From NCBI RefSeq assembly GCF_000143415.4, contig NW_003314321.1, positions 382,236 to 446,235 of the forward strand: a stretch of 64,000 nucleotides of DNA, in the 5' to 3' direction. The notes under the pieces were generated by a model that ran no database searches, was not told the DNA's origin, and saw nothing but the letters and a program-made list of their open reading frames with translations. Each line of letters opens with the position of its first letter. Position 1 is the first letter of the stretch. Both the position numbers and the translations under genes were made by a program. Positions 23,193 to 36,700 of the stretch are shown one piece after another. The stretch comes from Selaginella moellendorffii. Taxonomy: Eukaryota; Plantae; Lycopodiophyta.

Positions 23193-25244
23193 ATGTCGAG
23201 CGCCTGGAGAATGGCGTCTCTCATGAATGTGGATCTCTCGAAGGGCATTCTCGGCGCCAAGACCTCCAGCGCCGCGGGCCTCCGGATACTGCGCAAGCGC
23301 TCCACGGCGATTCGCAGGCGCAGCAACAGCACAGTGGCGTGCCCGGCGCTCAAGGTCGTCAACAGCGCCAGCGCGGTCCTCATCCCTCCTGTCAAGACCC
23401 CGGGCTCGATCAATCTCCTCAACGGGCAGCACCAGCCGCGGATTTTCCCGCAAGAGGGCGGCGGCGAGGAGGAGAATCTCGGCAGGCAGCTCGAGGGCTA
23501 TCTCAATTCCCCAAACGATGTGGGCCTCCTGGCTCGGGCGCTGGACGAACAGCACGGTGAGTACTTCGTGGCAATGGATGCGATCGACAGGATGAGGCGC
23601 GAGGGCGGCGCCTCTCCAGAGCTGGATCTGGCGGTGAGGAACGCGGTGGTGGCCTTGTACGCCAAGTTCGGCAGCCTGGCCGACGCTTGCAAGGCGTTTG
23701 AGAGGATCCAGCAGCCCAATGTGGAGAGCTGGAACGCGCTGCTCATTGTCTACTGCCGCCTGGGGACTTGCAACAACATCGCCCAGATCGTGGATCGGAT
23801 GCGCAGCATCGGGGTCTGGCCAAACGAGCGGACCTTCCTCACAATCTTCGAGCGAGTGCGGCACATCGAGGATGGCAAGCGGCTGGCCGAGAAGGTCAAG
23901 GAGCAGCAAGGCCTGGATCTCAGCATCGTCGGGGCGGCGCTGGTGACCATGTTTTGCCGCTTCTCCAGCGTCTCGGATGCCCGGGACGCGTTTGACAAGA
24001 TACCCGAGAAGGGCATCCCGGCCTACACGGCGATGATGGCCGGGTACGTGAACGAGAAGAAGCCCAAGGAGGCGATCGAGCTCTACCACGCTCTCCAGCA
24101 GAGCAACTTGCCAGTGACCAACACCGTGCTCGCCATCGTGCTTGGAGCGTGCTCAAACCTGGTGGACAGTGACGAGGGCCGCGCGGCTCACTACACCGCC
24201 ATCGAGCTCGGCCTCCAGGACGATCCCGTCGTCCAGAACGCGGTGGCGACGATGTACGCCAAGTGTGGAGGACTGGAGGAGGCCCGGGCGGTGTTTGACG
24301 CCATGGAGATCCGGAACGTTGACGCGCTCACCTGGTCCTCGCTCATCGGGGTCTACGGCTCGCAAGGCAAGACTGACGAATCGCTCCGGCTGGCGCGGAG
24401 GATGCAGCACGAAGGGATGATCCTGGACGGGAACTGCTTCGCCAACTTGATCTTCAGCTGCGCGAATGGCCGCCAGGACGCCGAGGCGTGCCGGTTCTTC
24501 ATGGACATGAGGAGCGACTATGGGATCGTTCCCGGCAAGGAGCACTTTGGGTGCTTGGTGGACGCGGTCGGGCGGGCCGGGCATCTCAAAGACGCGGAGG
24601 ATCTGATCAAGGCCATGCCGATGCAGCCGGACGAGCACGTATGGAGCGTGCTGTTCGCGAGCGCGCAGCTGCACGGCGACGCGCAGAGGATCCAGCGCTC
24701 GGCGGAGATCATGATGAAGATGAATCCTCAGCTGGATCCGCTGGGAACCGGCGCGAACAGGACTGCCGCTCGGTGGGAGGAGGCCAGGAAAGTGCGAGAG
24801 CTCATGAGGAAGCGCGGGATCAAGAAGGAGCCCGGGAAGAGCATGATCACGATCAACAATGTGGTGCACAGCTTCATGGCGCGCGATCGGTCGCACATCC
24901 ACACGAAGGAGATCTACGCGGAGGTGGACAGGATCACGGAGATTTGCAAGAAAGAGGAGAACTACATCCCCGACACGAGATACGTTCTCCATGACGTTCC
25001 TGAGGACCAGAAGCCCAAGCTGCTCTACTATCACAGCGAGAGATTGGCGATGGCGTATGGGCACATCGCGACGCCGCCGGGATCGGCCCTGCGGGTGATC
25101 AAGAACTTGAGAGTTTGTGGGGATTGTCACACCATCTCCAAGATGTGGGCCAAGATCATGCAGCGGGAGATTATCGTGCGAGACAATCGGAGGTTTCACC
25201 ACTTTGCGAAAGATGGTACGTGTTCTTGTGGAGATTACTGGTAA
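23193..25244 (+). CDS. PLS-class PPR protein with DYW deaminase domain (organellar C-to-U RNA editing factor)
   Basis: 683 aa. PPR repeats, PG box KKEPGKS, HSERLA, CGDCH, C-terminal CSCGDYW. Confidence 0.95.
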   Translation: MSSAWRMASLMNVDLSKGILGAKTSSAAGLRILRKRSTAIRRRSNSTVACPALKVVNSASAVLIPPVKTPGSINLLNGQHQPRIFPQEGGGEEENLGRQLEGYLNSPNDVGLLARALDEQHGEYFVAMDAIDRMRREGGASPELDLAVRNAVVALYAKFGSLADACKAFERIQQPNVESWNALLIVYCRLGTCNNIAQIVDRMRSIGVWPNERTFLTIFERVRHIEDGKRLAEKVKEQQGLDLSIVGAALVTMFCRFSSVSDARDAFDKIPEKGIPAYTAMMAGYVNEKKPKEAIELYHALQQSNLPVTNTVLAIVLGACSNLVDSDEGRAAHYTAIELGLQDDPVVQNAVATMYAKCGGLEEARAVFDAMEIRNVDALTWSSLIGVYGSQGKTDESLRLARRMQHEGMILDGNCFANLIFSCANGRQDAEACRFFMDMRSDYGIVPGKEHFGCLVDAVGRAGHLKDAEDLIKAMPMQPDEHVWSVLFASAQLHGDAQRIQRSAEIMMKMNPQLDPLGTGANRTAARWEEARKVRELMRKRGIKKEPGKSMITINNVVHSFMARDRSHIHTKEIYAEVDRITEICKKEENYIPDTRYVLHDVPEDQKPKLLYYHSERLAMAYGHIATPPGSALRVIKNLRVCGDCHTISKMWAKIMQREIIVRDNRRFHHFAKDGTCSCGDYW

Positions 25245-25360
25245 ATTAGCTACAAAAGCTTTTTCTTGTTGGCCTTGGAAATGGACGGATTGTCACACCC
25301 CAATTCTTAGAAAAATGGCTAAAGTAAAGATTTATTATAGTTTTGTTGTATCTTAAAAGG

Positions 25361-25863
25361 TTATTACTAATTATAATACTTTTTTAAAATAAAGTAATAT
25401 TTAAAAGAAACATTTAATATTTTTTGACATTTCTAAATTTTTTATATATTATTTTTTTCTTACTACTTAAGTGGCACTTTTCAAATGCAATCTAAATGTT
25501 ATAATTAAATCATAGTTTAACTACCATTGAGTGTGGGTTTTGTGAAAGAAAACAATGCAGCTTAATACAAACTATGCATGAACAACTTCACATCTAACCC
25601 TTTCACGAATATTTTTTATTCAGATGAAACTTTCAAAAACTTTATAAATATTTTTAGCTTTTAGCAACAACCTAATTCACATTGGAACATTACAAATGTT
25701 ATTTAAATAATTTTTATAACTTACTTGACAATGCACTAGACTCAAGTAGTAAAAAGAAAATAATGTATAAAAAATTTAGAAATGTCAAAAAATATTAAAT
25801 GTTTCTTTTAAATATTACTTTCTTTTAAAAAAGTATTCTAAATATTTATGCTATTAGTAATAA
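25361..25863. mobile_element. AT-rich foldback/MITE-like element with ~100-bp terminal inverted repeats
   Basis: 25376-25472 (ATACTTTTTTAAAATAAAGTAATATTTAAAAGAAACATTTAATATTTTTTGACATTTCTAAA..) is the near-perfect reverse complement of 25740-25837. The outer TTATTACTAAT also pairs. Confidence 0.7.
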
Positions 25864-27903
25864 ATGTCCCGAGGCAACACGTCCTGGAAAAAAAATGTTA
25901 CTAAATTTAATAAATAAACAACGAAAATACTTACAAATGCATTCGACTATGGGTTACTCCCGAAGACAAAGGTGTATACCTTTTTCAACTTTTCTATTTG
26001 GCCTTTCTCATATACATAGATGATGGCAGTATAGAATTCCTTACCCTTTATAATTTCGTGAGCTACCAATCCACTTGAACAAACAATAATAAGCCTAAAT
26101 AAACTAAAAAAGAAATTAATAAACCTGTATGCTATAATATCTCGTAATTCGTCATTTTCATGGTTGCTTCATCGAAATCCATATCACTCTTCTCATTGAA
26201 GATGGCGATCGCCGGCCTGTTACTAATGAATTCTTTCCACCAGTACAAAATGTTATTTTATTTTATTTTTGAGCATAGAATAAATTTAAAGCTAAAAGCA
26301 AGTGAATTTTAATTGATGTGATAAAGAATAAAAAAGTTAATTATCCCACTTTTGAAACTTTATGAAAAAAACTATGTCATAATTTCTCTATTATAACAAT
26401 CATTAACAACAATTTTAATTAAATAATTTTAATAATAAAATAATATATAGATATTAAACTTCTAAAACTAGAGTGTTCCTTTTAATTAAGTTATGAAGGA
26501 AAATTATAAAACTATTTTGACTTTTAGCAAATTTACTATATATATAATTAAAAATTAGAAAAAAAAATATTAATTTTTCTACCATTTATGTATAAAGGTT
26601 TATATATAATATATTGTATAATAACCTAAATATTTTATACTTATTCTGATAATTTAAGTACTTTTTGTGATACTAGATTTAATAAAATAACATTAATGTT
26701 ATTAAATTTTTGAAAATTATTTAAATTTTCCATGTTAACCAAAAGGTAAGTATAAATATGTTTTAAGAGAATTTCAATTATTTCAACAGCATTGATAAAT
26801 AACTATGTGTGATTTAATGTTTATATAGAACTTTTACTATAATATACTATATTAATAATGATATATCCATATAAAAAATAAAACATTTAAAATAAACTAT
26901 TGATATATTATCAAAACCAAAAACATACATGAGATTTACTAATGATAAAAAATTGTGATTGACTAACTTTTTTGTTTCATTGATAATATTGTAAAGTTGT
27001 GAAAGTATGGCTTACTCAAAATTTGATTGATGCATTTAATTTTAATTATTTAATAATTTTTCAATACAATTGTAAATAATTATAGTAGTAATTATTAAAA
27101 TGTTATATTTACTTAATTTTACTGTGTTTTTATATTTCTTATAATAAATTTCTTATACATATGTGTTTTTATATAAAAATTAAAATAAGTTTCTTTTGGG
27201 TAATATTATATATCTATAAAAATTATTATTTAATTTTGTTTTTATCAACTTTAAAAAATATTTTACTATTGAAAATTCTAGAGGTTAGCATTTGCAATAC
27301 ATATGTTATATGTTATAAATTATTCCAAATTAATGTATGTACACACACACATATATATATATACACACACACAGTAAATTTAAATGGAAAATAAAGAAAA
27401 AATTCTTCACATTAGATTATTCATGACAACAAAATTATTAAATGTGAGTAAGATCACTATAAATCCATGGATTGATTCTGACATTACAAACTTATATTTC
27501 ATCCCTTATGTGAATTCCATTATAAAATCTCCAATAGTTCACCTAATAATTAATATATTTTATTGCATTTAGGGTGTAGGGTTTAGGGTTTTTAAAAAGC
27601 ATTTTCTTCGGCTTCATAATTTCTTCCTAGATATTAAACCTCAACACAGGGTTCTCTCATGCTTTAGTTGTCTCCAATGAATAATTCTGAATTTCTAATA
27701 ACTAGAGATTTATCTAACATTAAATACATGCTAAAAGCATAACAAACTTAACATGTTTGTTGTTTGGATCAAAGAAGTTCTTGAACTGTGAGAACATGCA
27801 AGCAATAGGGAGATTCTTCAAAGCTATCAGTTAGATGCTTTCATCAACGTTCTCTCGTCAACCTTGAGTTCTACAAAAAGCCGATTTTCAATGTGGGAAA
27901 TGC

Positions 27904-28485
27904 ATGGGTGCCCTAGAATCTTGCACTTGGAAGTCTATCTTCATTCAGTTGGCTAACAGGACAAGCAAATGGGCGATAACGGGCCTAGCAACAGGATTTC
28001 TCCTCTATCGCCAAAACGATCCAGCCTCGATGTGGGCGATCACCGGCGCGCTCGCCAATGGCGCCACCTCCAAGCTCCTCAAGCAATGCATCAACCAGCA
28101 GCGCCCCATCGCCGCTGCAAACCATGCGAGACTCGATCCGGGAATGCCCTCCTCTCACGCGCAGTCTCTCGCCTACCTCTCCACGTACGCAACAATCGAG
28201 ATCGCCGGATGGAGTGGCGTCAATCCAGTGCTCTCTCTGGCGCTCAGAGCGATTGTTCTTAGCACTGCCGCCTATCTCGCTCATCTTAGAATCTCCATGG
28301 GTTTCCACACCTCCGCGCAGGTCGCGGTTGGATCGGTGATCGGGAGCTCCAGCGCTGTGATTTGGAACTGGATCTGGAGGGCGATCGTGGAGCAGCACGC
28401 GGTGAATCTGCCGTGGATGTCAAAGGCGGGATGGATGGCGTTGTTCGTCGCGGGAAGCTTAGCTCTGGCGCGAGAATCTAAATGA
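27904..28485 (+). CDS. PAP2-family lipid phosphate phosphatase (LPP-epsilon/dolichyl-diphosphatase-like)
   Basis: KxxxxxxRP (KQCINQQRP), PSSHAQ and RxxxxxHxxxQV motifs; hydrophobic segments. Confidence 0.88.
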   Translation: MGALESCTWKSIFIQLANRTSKWAITGLATGFLLYRQNDPASMWAITGALANGATSKLLKQCINQQRPIAAANHARLDPGMPSSHAQSLAYLSTYATIEIAGWSGVNPVLSLALRAIVLSTAAYLAHLRISMGFHTSAQVAVGSVIGSSSAVIWNWIWRAIVEQHAVNLPWMSKAGWMALFVAGSLALARESK

Positions 28486-28981
28486 GAGGCAATTAAGCCA
28501 AACCATGAAAGATTCCTTCATCTTTGCCAAAATATCCTCTCTTGTTTTTCTTTCTACCTAGGGAATGATTCGCCAATGGATGAGACGCGCGTCGCGGCTC
28601 CAATCCGCTGCCCAGGGATTCCTCCGCGCGGGCCCTGGTTCTTGGAGCTCTAGACGCGCGGCTCTGAGCGGCGCCGCTGGAAATCTCGCGAGAGGGGTAA
28701 GATTTTAGAGATCCAGGCAACGCGCGCGCGCTTGTTTCTTCGATCGGTCGATCTTGAGAGAAATCCGTGATTTTCCAGCGTTTCAGGCGTCGGAGATCTC
28801 GTTCGCAAGGATTAAGCTCTCGTCGCGGGTGAGGATCGGCGCCATCGGCAAAGAAATGGTAATATCCGTTAGAGAGAGAGCGAGAGAGAGCATCTTTCGG
28901 CTAGATCCCTTTTAGATCCTTTCGATAAAGTAGGTCATTGGGAAGAACAGGTGTAAAGGTTTTAGCGAGAGATACACGGCT

Positions 28982-30644
28982 ATGGCAAACATTGACATCG
29001 ATGGGATCTTACAGAGCGGCGGGGGTGCCAAGCCGGAGATCGCCAAGACGAAGATCGTGTGCACGCTCGGGCCCAAATCCAGGGAAGTCCCGATGCTGGA
29101 GAAGCTCCTCCGCGCCGGGATGAGCGTTGCCAGGTTTAATTTCTCTCACGGCTCTCACGATTATCACCAGCAGACGCTGGAAAATCTCCGGATCGCAATG
29201 AACAACACCCAGATCATGTGTGCTGTGCTGCTCGACACTAAGGTTTGTTTATCCTCTTTAAACTTTTGTTTGATCGATTTGAGCTTTTGTTTGATCGATC
29301 CAGGGGCCAGAAATTCGTACTGGGATGCTAAAGGATGGAAAGCCCGTGCAGCTGGTGGAAGGAAAGGAGATTACTATCTCCACGGACTATAGCATTCTAG
29401 GCGATGCTAACACTATTTCTATGAGCTATAAGCGGCTTGCCGAAGACTTGGAACCGGGTAACACTATCCTTTGCTCCGACGGAACGATCACTTTGACTGT
29501 TCTTTCGTGCGACAAAGAGACTGCCTCGGTCAGGTGTCGGTGCGAAAACACGGCGATGCTCGGGGAAAGAAAAAATGTCAACTTGCCAGGGATTGTCGTT
29601 GATCTGCCTACTATCACAAAGAAAGACGAGGAAGATATAATGGGCTGGGGGCTGCCTAATGCGATCGACTTCATCGCACTTTCTTTTGTGCGGAAGGGTC
29701 AAGACGTCGTCACTGTGAAGAAGCTTCTCGGTTCTCATTCGAAGGCGATCCATATCATATCTAAGGTAACGTAAAAGAATAGTTTTTTTTTTCTGTTTTC
29801 TAAAGGCTTGGCTGTGCCTCAGGTTGAAAACCAGGAAGGACTCGTGAACTTCGATGATATTCTACGCGAGTCCGATGGTGTGATGGTTGCCAGGGGTGAT
29901 CTTGGAATGGAGATCCCCACGGAAAAGATCTTTTTGGCCCAGAAGATGATGATATACAAGTGCAATGCGGCTGGGAAACCGGTAGTGACGGCTACGCAGA
30001 TGCTCGAGTCCATGATCAAGTCCCCGAGGCCGACTCGGGCCGAAGCCACAGACGTAGCAAACGCTGTTTTGGATGGCAGCGACGCGGTGATGCTCAGTGG
30101 CGAGACAGCAGCAGGGGCATATCCAGAGATGGCTGTGAAGATCATGTCACGGATTTGTATCGAGGCGGAGGCCTCCCTCGACTACGCTACCATCTTCAAG
30201 GAGCTCATGAAGCAGACTGCTCTCCCGATGAGTCCCTTGGAGAGCCTGGCATCTTCGGCAGTTCGGACGGCAAACAAGATTGGAGCGTCCTTGATCGTGG
30301 TGCTTACCCGAGGAGGAAGCACCGCAAAGCTCGTTGCGAAGTACAGGCCCAAGGTTCCCATACTCTCGGTTGCGGTGCCGGTGCTTACGACCGACTCATT
30401 GACGTGGTCGTGTAGCGAGGAGTCGCCCGCTCGGCACAGCTTGGTTTGCAGAGGCTTGATTCCTTTGCTGGCTGAAGGCTCCGCAAAGGCTACGGACTCG
30501 GAGTCCACGGACGACATCCTCAACGCTGCTCTTCGCTACGCTCTAGGCAAGAATCTGTGCCACAGTGGTGAGTCCATTGTGGCTATCCACCGCATTGGAG
30601 CTGCGTCGGTTATTAAGATCATGGAAGTGAAGGCGTCTCGCTAG
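28982..30644 (+). CDS. PK: Cytosolic pyruvate kinase, 3 exons
   Basis: KTKIVCTLGP, ARFNFSHG, LDTKGPEIRTG, KVENQEG, MVARGDLGME, TRAEATDVANA. Introns ~29243-29302 and ~29766-29822. Confidence 0.96.
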
Positions 30645-30911
30645 ATGAGGTACTCCGGTTTTGTGTTCTCGTGGTCTAACTTAATTCTTATTGACATAGA
30701 ATAAAGCCGTTCTTTCGGCTGGCAACGAACACTCTCCCATTTTTAATAATACGATTTTGTTTTTTCTTTTTTATTTGCTTCTTTCCTTTCGACACTTGTT
30801 TTCTACCAATTTTTTTTTTTGCAGGTGCTGCGATGGTGGCACTATATTGGTAAGAAAATCACTTTTTTTTTGCGATTCATTTGCAAAGAACTGAGAAAGA
30901 AGTTTCTTTGT

Positions 30912-31848
30912 TTACATGACTGATCGCGGGATGATGATGTTGGCAATGTTGTTGTGCCATGGATCGGCAAGGTGGGTGGCCAAGTTCTGCAAGGGACCTG
31001 TTCCTGGATAGGCTGCTGCTTGGGCGCAGAATCCCAAGAAAGCGAGCAGTGCAAGACGACCTGCAAGCAAGCAAGCAAAAATGGTATGATGTTCACTGCC
31101 AACTTTGAGAAAATGCTCACCGTTTTTCACTTCCTTCAGCTTGAACTCCTCGAACTTCTTCGGGTCCTTGGAAAATCCAAGAGGGTCGAACGCGCCGCCG
31201 GGATACTTGCGTTTCTCAGCGCTCGGCACGCCGATCCTCCGCGACTCGACAAAGGCTATGGCAACGAACTCGATCGCAATGATCACTGGAAGGGTCCCCC
31301 ACGGGACTGGAGTTCCAAGGTACGTGGCTTGTCCGCCAGGAGTCGCGGCCCACTGTTGTGCCTCAACCCAGTTTCCTAGTCCTAGAGCTTCCGGAATGAG
31401 GCATCCAGGCTGAAAGCAGCGCACAAAGCTTGAGGATCCACACACAATCTACGAGAAAAACGTTTCCCAGGTACTTACGACTGCCAGCATTGCCCATCTG
31501 CAGTGGATGAGCTCTGACTCCTTGAATCGTTCCAGGTTGTCGGGAACTTCTCCAAGTCCCAGTGGATCGAATCCAAAGTCACTGGAAGGACAAAGCGCTC
31601 TCACTTGTAAGCTATGAGAAACTAGATCTCTTGGAAGTTTAAACTCACCCAGGGGCTGATCCGTCTAGGTAGGCTGGACGAGGCTGTCCTGGGAGCCACT
31701 CTGCGGACATGCTGACCCTGCTTCCATTGGAGAATGCAGCACCGGGAGTGGTGATGGCGCTTCCGAAAAACTTGGACTTTTGAGTTCCAGCTAGAGTTGG
31801 AGCCACAGCCGCTGCTACAAGCTGCGAACACGCCATAGCAGTCGCCAT
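30912..31848 (-). CDS. LHCA1: Photosystem I light-harvesting chlorophyll a/b-binding protein Lhca1, multi-exon
   Basis: Transit peptide followed by [62 protein letters not shown]. Confidence 0.95.
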
Positions 31849-33705
31849 TGCCCGACGTAAGATCTAAACTCCCAAGTGCTCCCTCTCACTCACTCGCCGG
31901 GATTGGAGTTTCTGGAAGAGAGAAGATCACCGCGAGGTTCCAGATTTTAGTTCTCGTGTCCCCACCACGCCGGCTCCTGTGTGGTGTTCCTTGACGGACT
32001 TCAAGGCCAGCCTCCAATCTGGTTTAATGTCGATATTGGATAGAGCGCATTGTTTTCTCATTGGCTCTCTCGCTCTCCGTTGGATATGCCACCTATTCTG
32101 GGAATCGAACCTGCCACCTTCACATAACTGAATTTATAAATGTGTAACATATAATCAAAGAAAAGAACAAGATATGATTTAAGTGATAATTTATAAAGTT
32201 TATTATGACTTTAAATAGTATGTTATATATATATTTTCTGACCTTTTGTCTGTAACCAAACATTTTAGGTTTACCGAAATTCATTTACCTGAAAAAGGAA
32301 ATAATAAGCTTTTAAAACTTTTTAAAACCTACTAAAATGCAATATCTTGTATAGATAAAATAATGGTACTTCATAAAGTTTTTAAGAACTTTTACTATCA
32401 ATCATACAAATTATATAAAATTAACTTACCGTCAAGAAAACTAAAATCAATTCATGTAATTGATATGTGTAAGATGTCATATTGAGATTCAAAAGGTAGT
32501 TGTTTACTGAAAAATGTTTTTTTTTTTGTCTACTTTATAATTGAACTTGGGCAATAAAGGATTTATCATATCATTATACTTAACAATCTTACTTAATACT
32601 AACTTTACTATATTTTTCTGTAAATAAATATAGAAATTTATTTTTTATATGTTTATTTTGTGCATATAAATTCTAAGTTGGATATAATAGAAAACTAAAA
32701 GATTAATTCTTGTTAAGCTTATTTCTTAATTAGTACTATTACTTATGATTAAACATGAAATACTACATAAAGATATGTTAAACTACAATAAGGATTCATG
32801 CCAGGATGTGCCAATCAAGGATGGAGTGAGACTTGCTTGTTCACCGTTACAGAAAGACTATATCCAGTGCGATATGTTTTAGGTCACTCTAACACTTTGC
32901 ACAAGGAAGTATGGTAAAGCTAGGCTGATTCTTCTAAACATTAGAGCTGCTGCACAGCAACCCAAGAGGCACACACACTCATGCAAATGAAGTGCAAGAA
33001 ATAAACAAGTAATGGGAGGCCAAAAAGATAAATTCCATCGATAAGCACATAGAAACATTTTTAGGGTTAAAGGTTTGAGCTATAATAGAGCACAAACTCT
33101 CCCCTAATCAAAATCCTTGGTGATTGATTATATTTATTTATTTATTATAAATATCTATATTATAAATTTAAACATAATTTGTATTAGTGATAACAATTTA
33201 CAAACTTTGAATTAAAGAAAATTCTAAAATATAGTTCCTAAATGTTTTAGGTATACGTTTTACACCTTTAGATCGCTCGAAATTTACATATGGTTTGTAT
33301 TAATGATAACAATTTACAAAGGAAGTTTAAGAGAAGCCGAATCAAAGAAATATCTAAAATATAATTTAGGAATATATTTTTTACACCTTAGCACACTATT
33401 TCTGAGTATTAGTGTAAAGCACCCCAGAGGGTTAAAGTGGGCATGGAAACGTGTCGCGTATGCGTGAAACCAGAATCAGCGGCACTCGGCGATCAACGTC
33501 TTTCTCCTGCGCTCGCCTGGTGGGTCGACTCGAGCCGGTCGATCCCCCAATCGGCAGCTGGGTCTTTTCCAAGGTATTGTTCCTTGTCTCCATAGCTAGA
33601 AGCCCTCGTTCCCAGCTCCTCAAAAATCTTTTCCAGGTGTAAGTTGAAAGCCAACCCTGCTCGGCAATTCATTGGGGTTTGAGCGGATCTACATTTCTGG
33701 ATCTA

Positions 33706-36700
33706 ATGGGCTATCCGGAAGAGAATGGAGTGCGCCAAGTTGATATCACGGTGGCCAAGGGGACGAGAGAAAATGGCGACGGTGGTCGTGTCATGCACTT
33801 AACAGGCGAGCTCAATCAAGGAAGCAATGATGAAGTGGTGGAGGAGATTGCGGTGGATGGAAGTAAGGACGATGCTAGAAGCCAGCTCTACGTGGATACC
33901 GAAGATCTAAACAGCGATGGCGGCGATTTACTGCTCGGCAAGCCAGGGATTGTTCGCTTGGATCCCGAAGACGTGGAGAAGATTGAGGAGATGACCAAGT
34001 CTGAGTTTGTGGATGATTCTTCTAGTCGTCTGCGAGTTGCGAGCACCATGCCTTGCGGGACGATTAATCTGATCCTGGACGAGACTGCTCAAAAGGACGG
34101 TGGTGGTGGTGGTGATGGCGGCGATGACGGTGGTGCTGGTGATGGCGGTGATGGTGGTGCTGGTGATTTGCATCCTCCACAAACACCAGGTTCGTTCCTT
34201 TTGAGACTTTCTATGGTGTTCTTTAGTTTTTTTCGCTGTTCTCTCTAAAGGATTGGTGCGAACAAGCAGTGAGCCTTGTTTGGATTCCAAGAGTGGCAAA
34301 TATAAGGATGCCAAGCCTCACAAGAAGCACAAAATATCACATCGCAAGAAGGTATAAAACATTTTTTTTTTTTCCCTCTTCCAGTATCAACTTGTGTGTG
34401 TATTCTTTTTTTTCTTTTCTTTGTCTTCTCAGAGGCGGCTTATGCGACGCCTCGGCAGCATTACTGATGAAGGTGCCGTTGAAATCAACGCAGACAAAGG
34501 ATTGGAATTCTTACCGGATTTGGACGACTATCTTGTCTACGAAGAGTCGGCTTACCAGGACATCGAAGACAAGAAAATCCCTCCTCTGCAAATTGCGATG
34601 CTCATTGTTGGGACTCGTGGTGATATCCAGCCCTTTGTCGCGATAGGAAAAGAGCTACAAGTACGTTTTTTTATTTTTCTCTTATCGCCTAAGACTCTCA
34701 TCTTCTTCTTCTTCGCGTGATAATCAGAAATACGGCCATCGTGTACGCTTGGCAACGCATGTCAACTTTCGAGAGTTTGTAAAGACGCATGGACTAGAGT
34801 TTTATCCTTTAGGAGGTGATCCAAAGGTATTAGCGGGATGTAAGTGGTTTTCCAGCCTTCTATTTTTCAGTTCCTCACACGCTCTTTCTTCCTGGGTTTT
34901 TTTCTGCAAAGGATAGACATGGTGAAAAATAAAGGATTTCTACCATCCGGACCAAAGGAAATCAAGCTCCAGAGGAAGCAGATCAAAAGCATTGTAAACT
35001 CCTTGTACCCGGCTTGTACCGAGCCAAACGAGGACACGCTTGTCCCATTCAGAGCTCAGGCGATTATTGCCAATCCACCAGCGTATGGTACGCTTTTTTT
35101 CTCCAACCTTTCTTTCTTTTCCCTGAGAGTTTTTATGTTTCCGAGTACGTTTCAAGACATGTTTTTGCAGGGCATGTTCATGTTGCAGAGGCATTGAATG
35201 TTCCGATTCACATCTACTTCACCATGCCTTGGACGTAAGCTGTTTATTGAAAACACACTTCGAGACTGGAGCTTGCACGATTCTTTGTATTTTTTCCTGA
35301 GTTTTGGGCTGTCAATCTTTGCAGGCCCACCAGCGAGTTTCCTCATCCTCTGTCTCGTCTCAGTAACATTGCTGCCAATCGAGTGAGTGCCTAAGATTTA
35401 CAGCTTTTGTTTTTCGTGGTAAGAATGGTTTTTTCGCAGCTCTCGTACCAAGTGGTCGATTCGATGATCTGGCTGGGGATCAGGAGCTTGATCAATGACT
35501 TTAGGAAGAAGAAGCTAAAGCTACGTCCTGTTTCCTACTTTAAAAGCCAGGGCTCCATAGTTGATCTCCCTACGTGTTATCTCTGGAGCTCATGCCTCGT
35601 CCCAAAGCCCAAAGGTTCGTTCCAATCAACTTGTAAACTACTTGTAAACTTTGTCTTTCATTCCAGATTGGGGTCCTCGTATAGATGTGGTGGGATATTG
35701 CTTCTTGGACCTGGCCAACGATTACAAGCCCTCGGAAGATCTTGTAAGATGGCTTGCACAGGGAAGCAAGCCCGTCTACATCGGATTCGGCAGCTTGGTA
35801 AGTCTTGTCTTTGGAAAAAATCTTCCTTTTTATTTCTCATTGATTCATTGGGTGTTTGCTTGCTACCTATAGCCTGTCAAGGATCCAGTAAAAGTCACGG
35901 AAACAATTATCAGCGCTCTGGAGAAAAGCCGTCAGAGAGGACTGATTGACAAAGGATGGGGTGGCATTGGTCGAGGCAGTAAGTAAAAACAAAAAAAAAG
36001 CAAGCTTTGAAACTTTGCAATGTATCAATGCTTAGAAACTTGCATTGTTTTTGGTTCTGCAGTGGAAAACGATCATCCAGATTTTGTCCACTTCATCGAA
36101 AACTGTCCTCACGATTGGCTGTTTCCACAATGTGCTGCAGTGGTACAAAGTTTATTTCTTCTCCTCGATTCGCGATTCGCTTGAGTTGAGTTCTTTTAAA
36201 ACTGGATGCTGGACTTTTGTTCCAGGTTCATCACGGTGGAGCTGGAACAACAGCTGCTGGTCTCAAAGCCGCGGTAAAGTTGTTTTTTTCTAAAAAATTT
36301 GCTACTTTCTCTGTTTTATCATCCATTTTTCTCTCCATGCAAACAGTGTCCTACGACTGTGGTACCTTTCTTCGGAGACCAGCCCTTTTGGGGTGCTCGC
36401 GTACACGATAGAGGAATCGGTCCTACTCCGATTCCCATTGACAAACTCTCGCTGGACAATCTTGTGGAAGCCATCGAGTTTATGATGTCCCCCGAGGTAT
36501 CTATCCTTCCTTTATTTTCTTGCGCATTGGATTGAGACTGAGAGCGAGAGGAGAGCTGGTAGCTAGTCCTTCACAGATTGCGTAGATGGATTCCTCCAAC
36601 TTTGTTTGTTTGTTTGATTTTTCTTTTCACGAGTTTAAACCTTTGCTCTTTTTTTTTCACACAGGTGAAGCAACGAGCCGAGGAAGTGGCAAAGTGCATT

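Noticed and set aside
27570-27592. Telomere-like TTTAGGG repeats
   Set aside because: Only 2-3 imperfect units; at most telo-box motifs, not an interstitial telomere.
32095-32125. tRNA B-box-like GGTTCGATTCC on the minus strand
   Set aside because: No cloverleaf, A-box or acceptor stem could be built around it.
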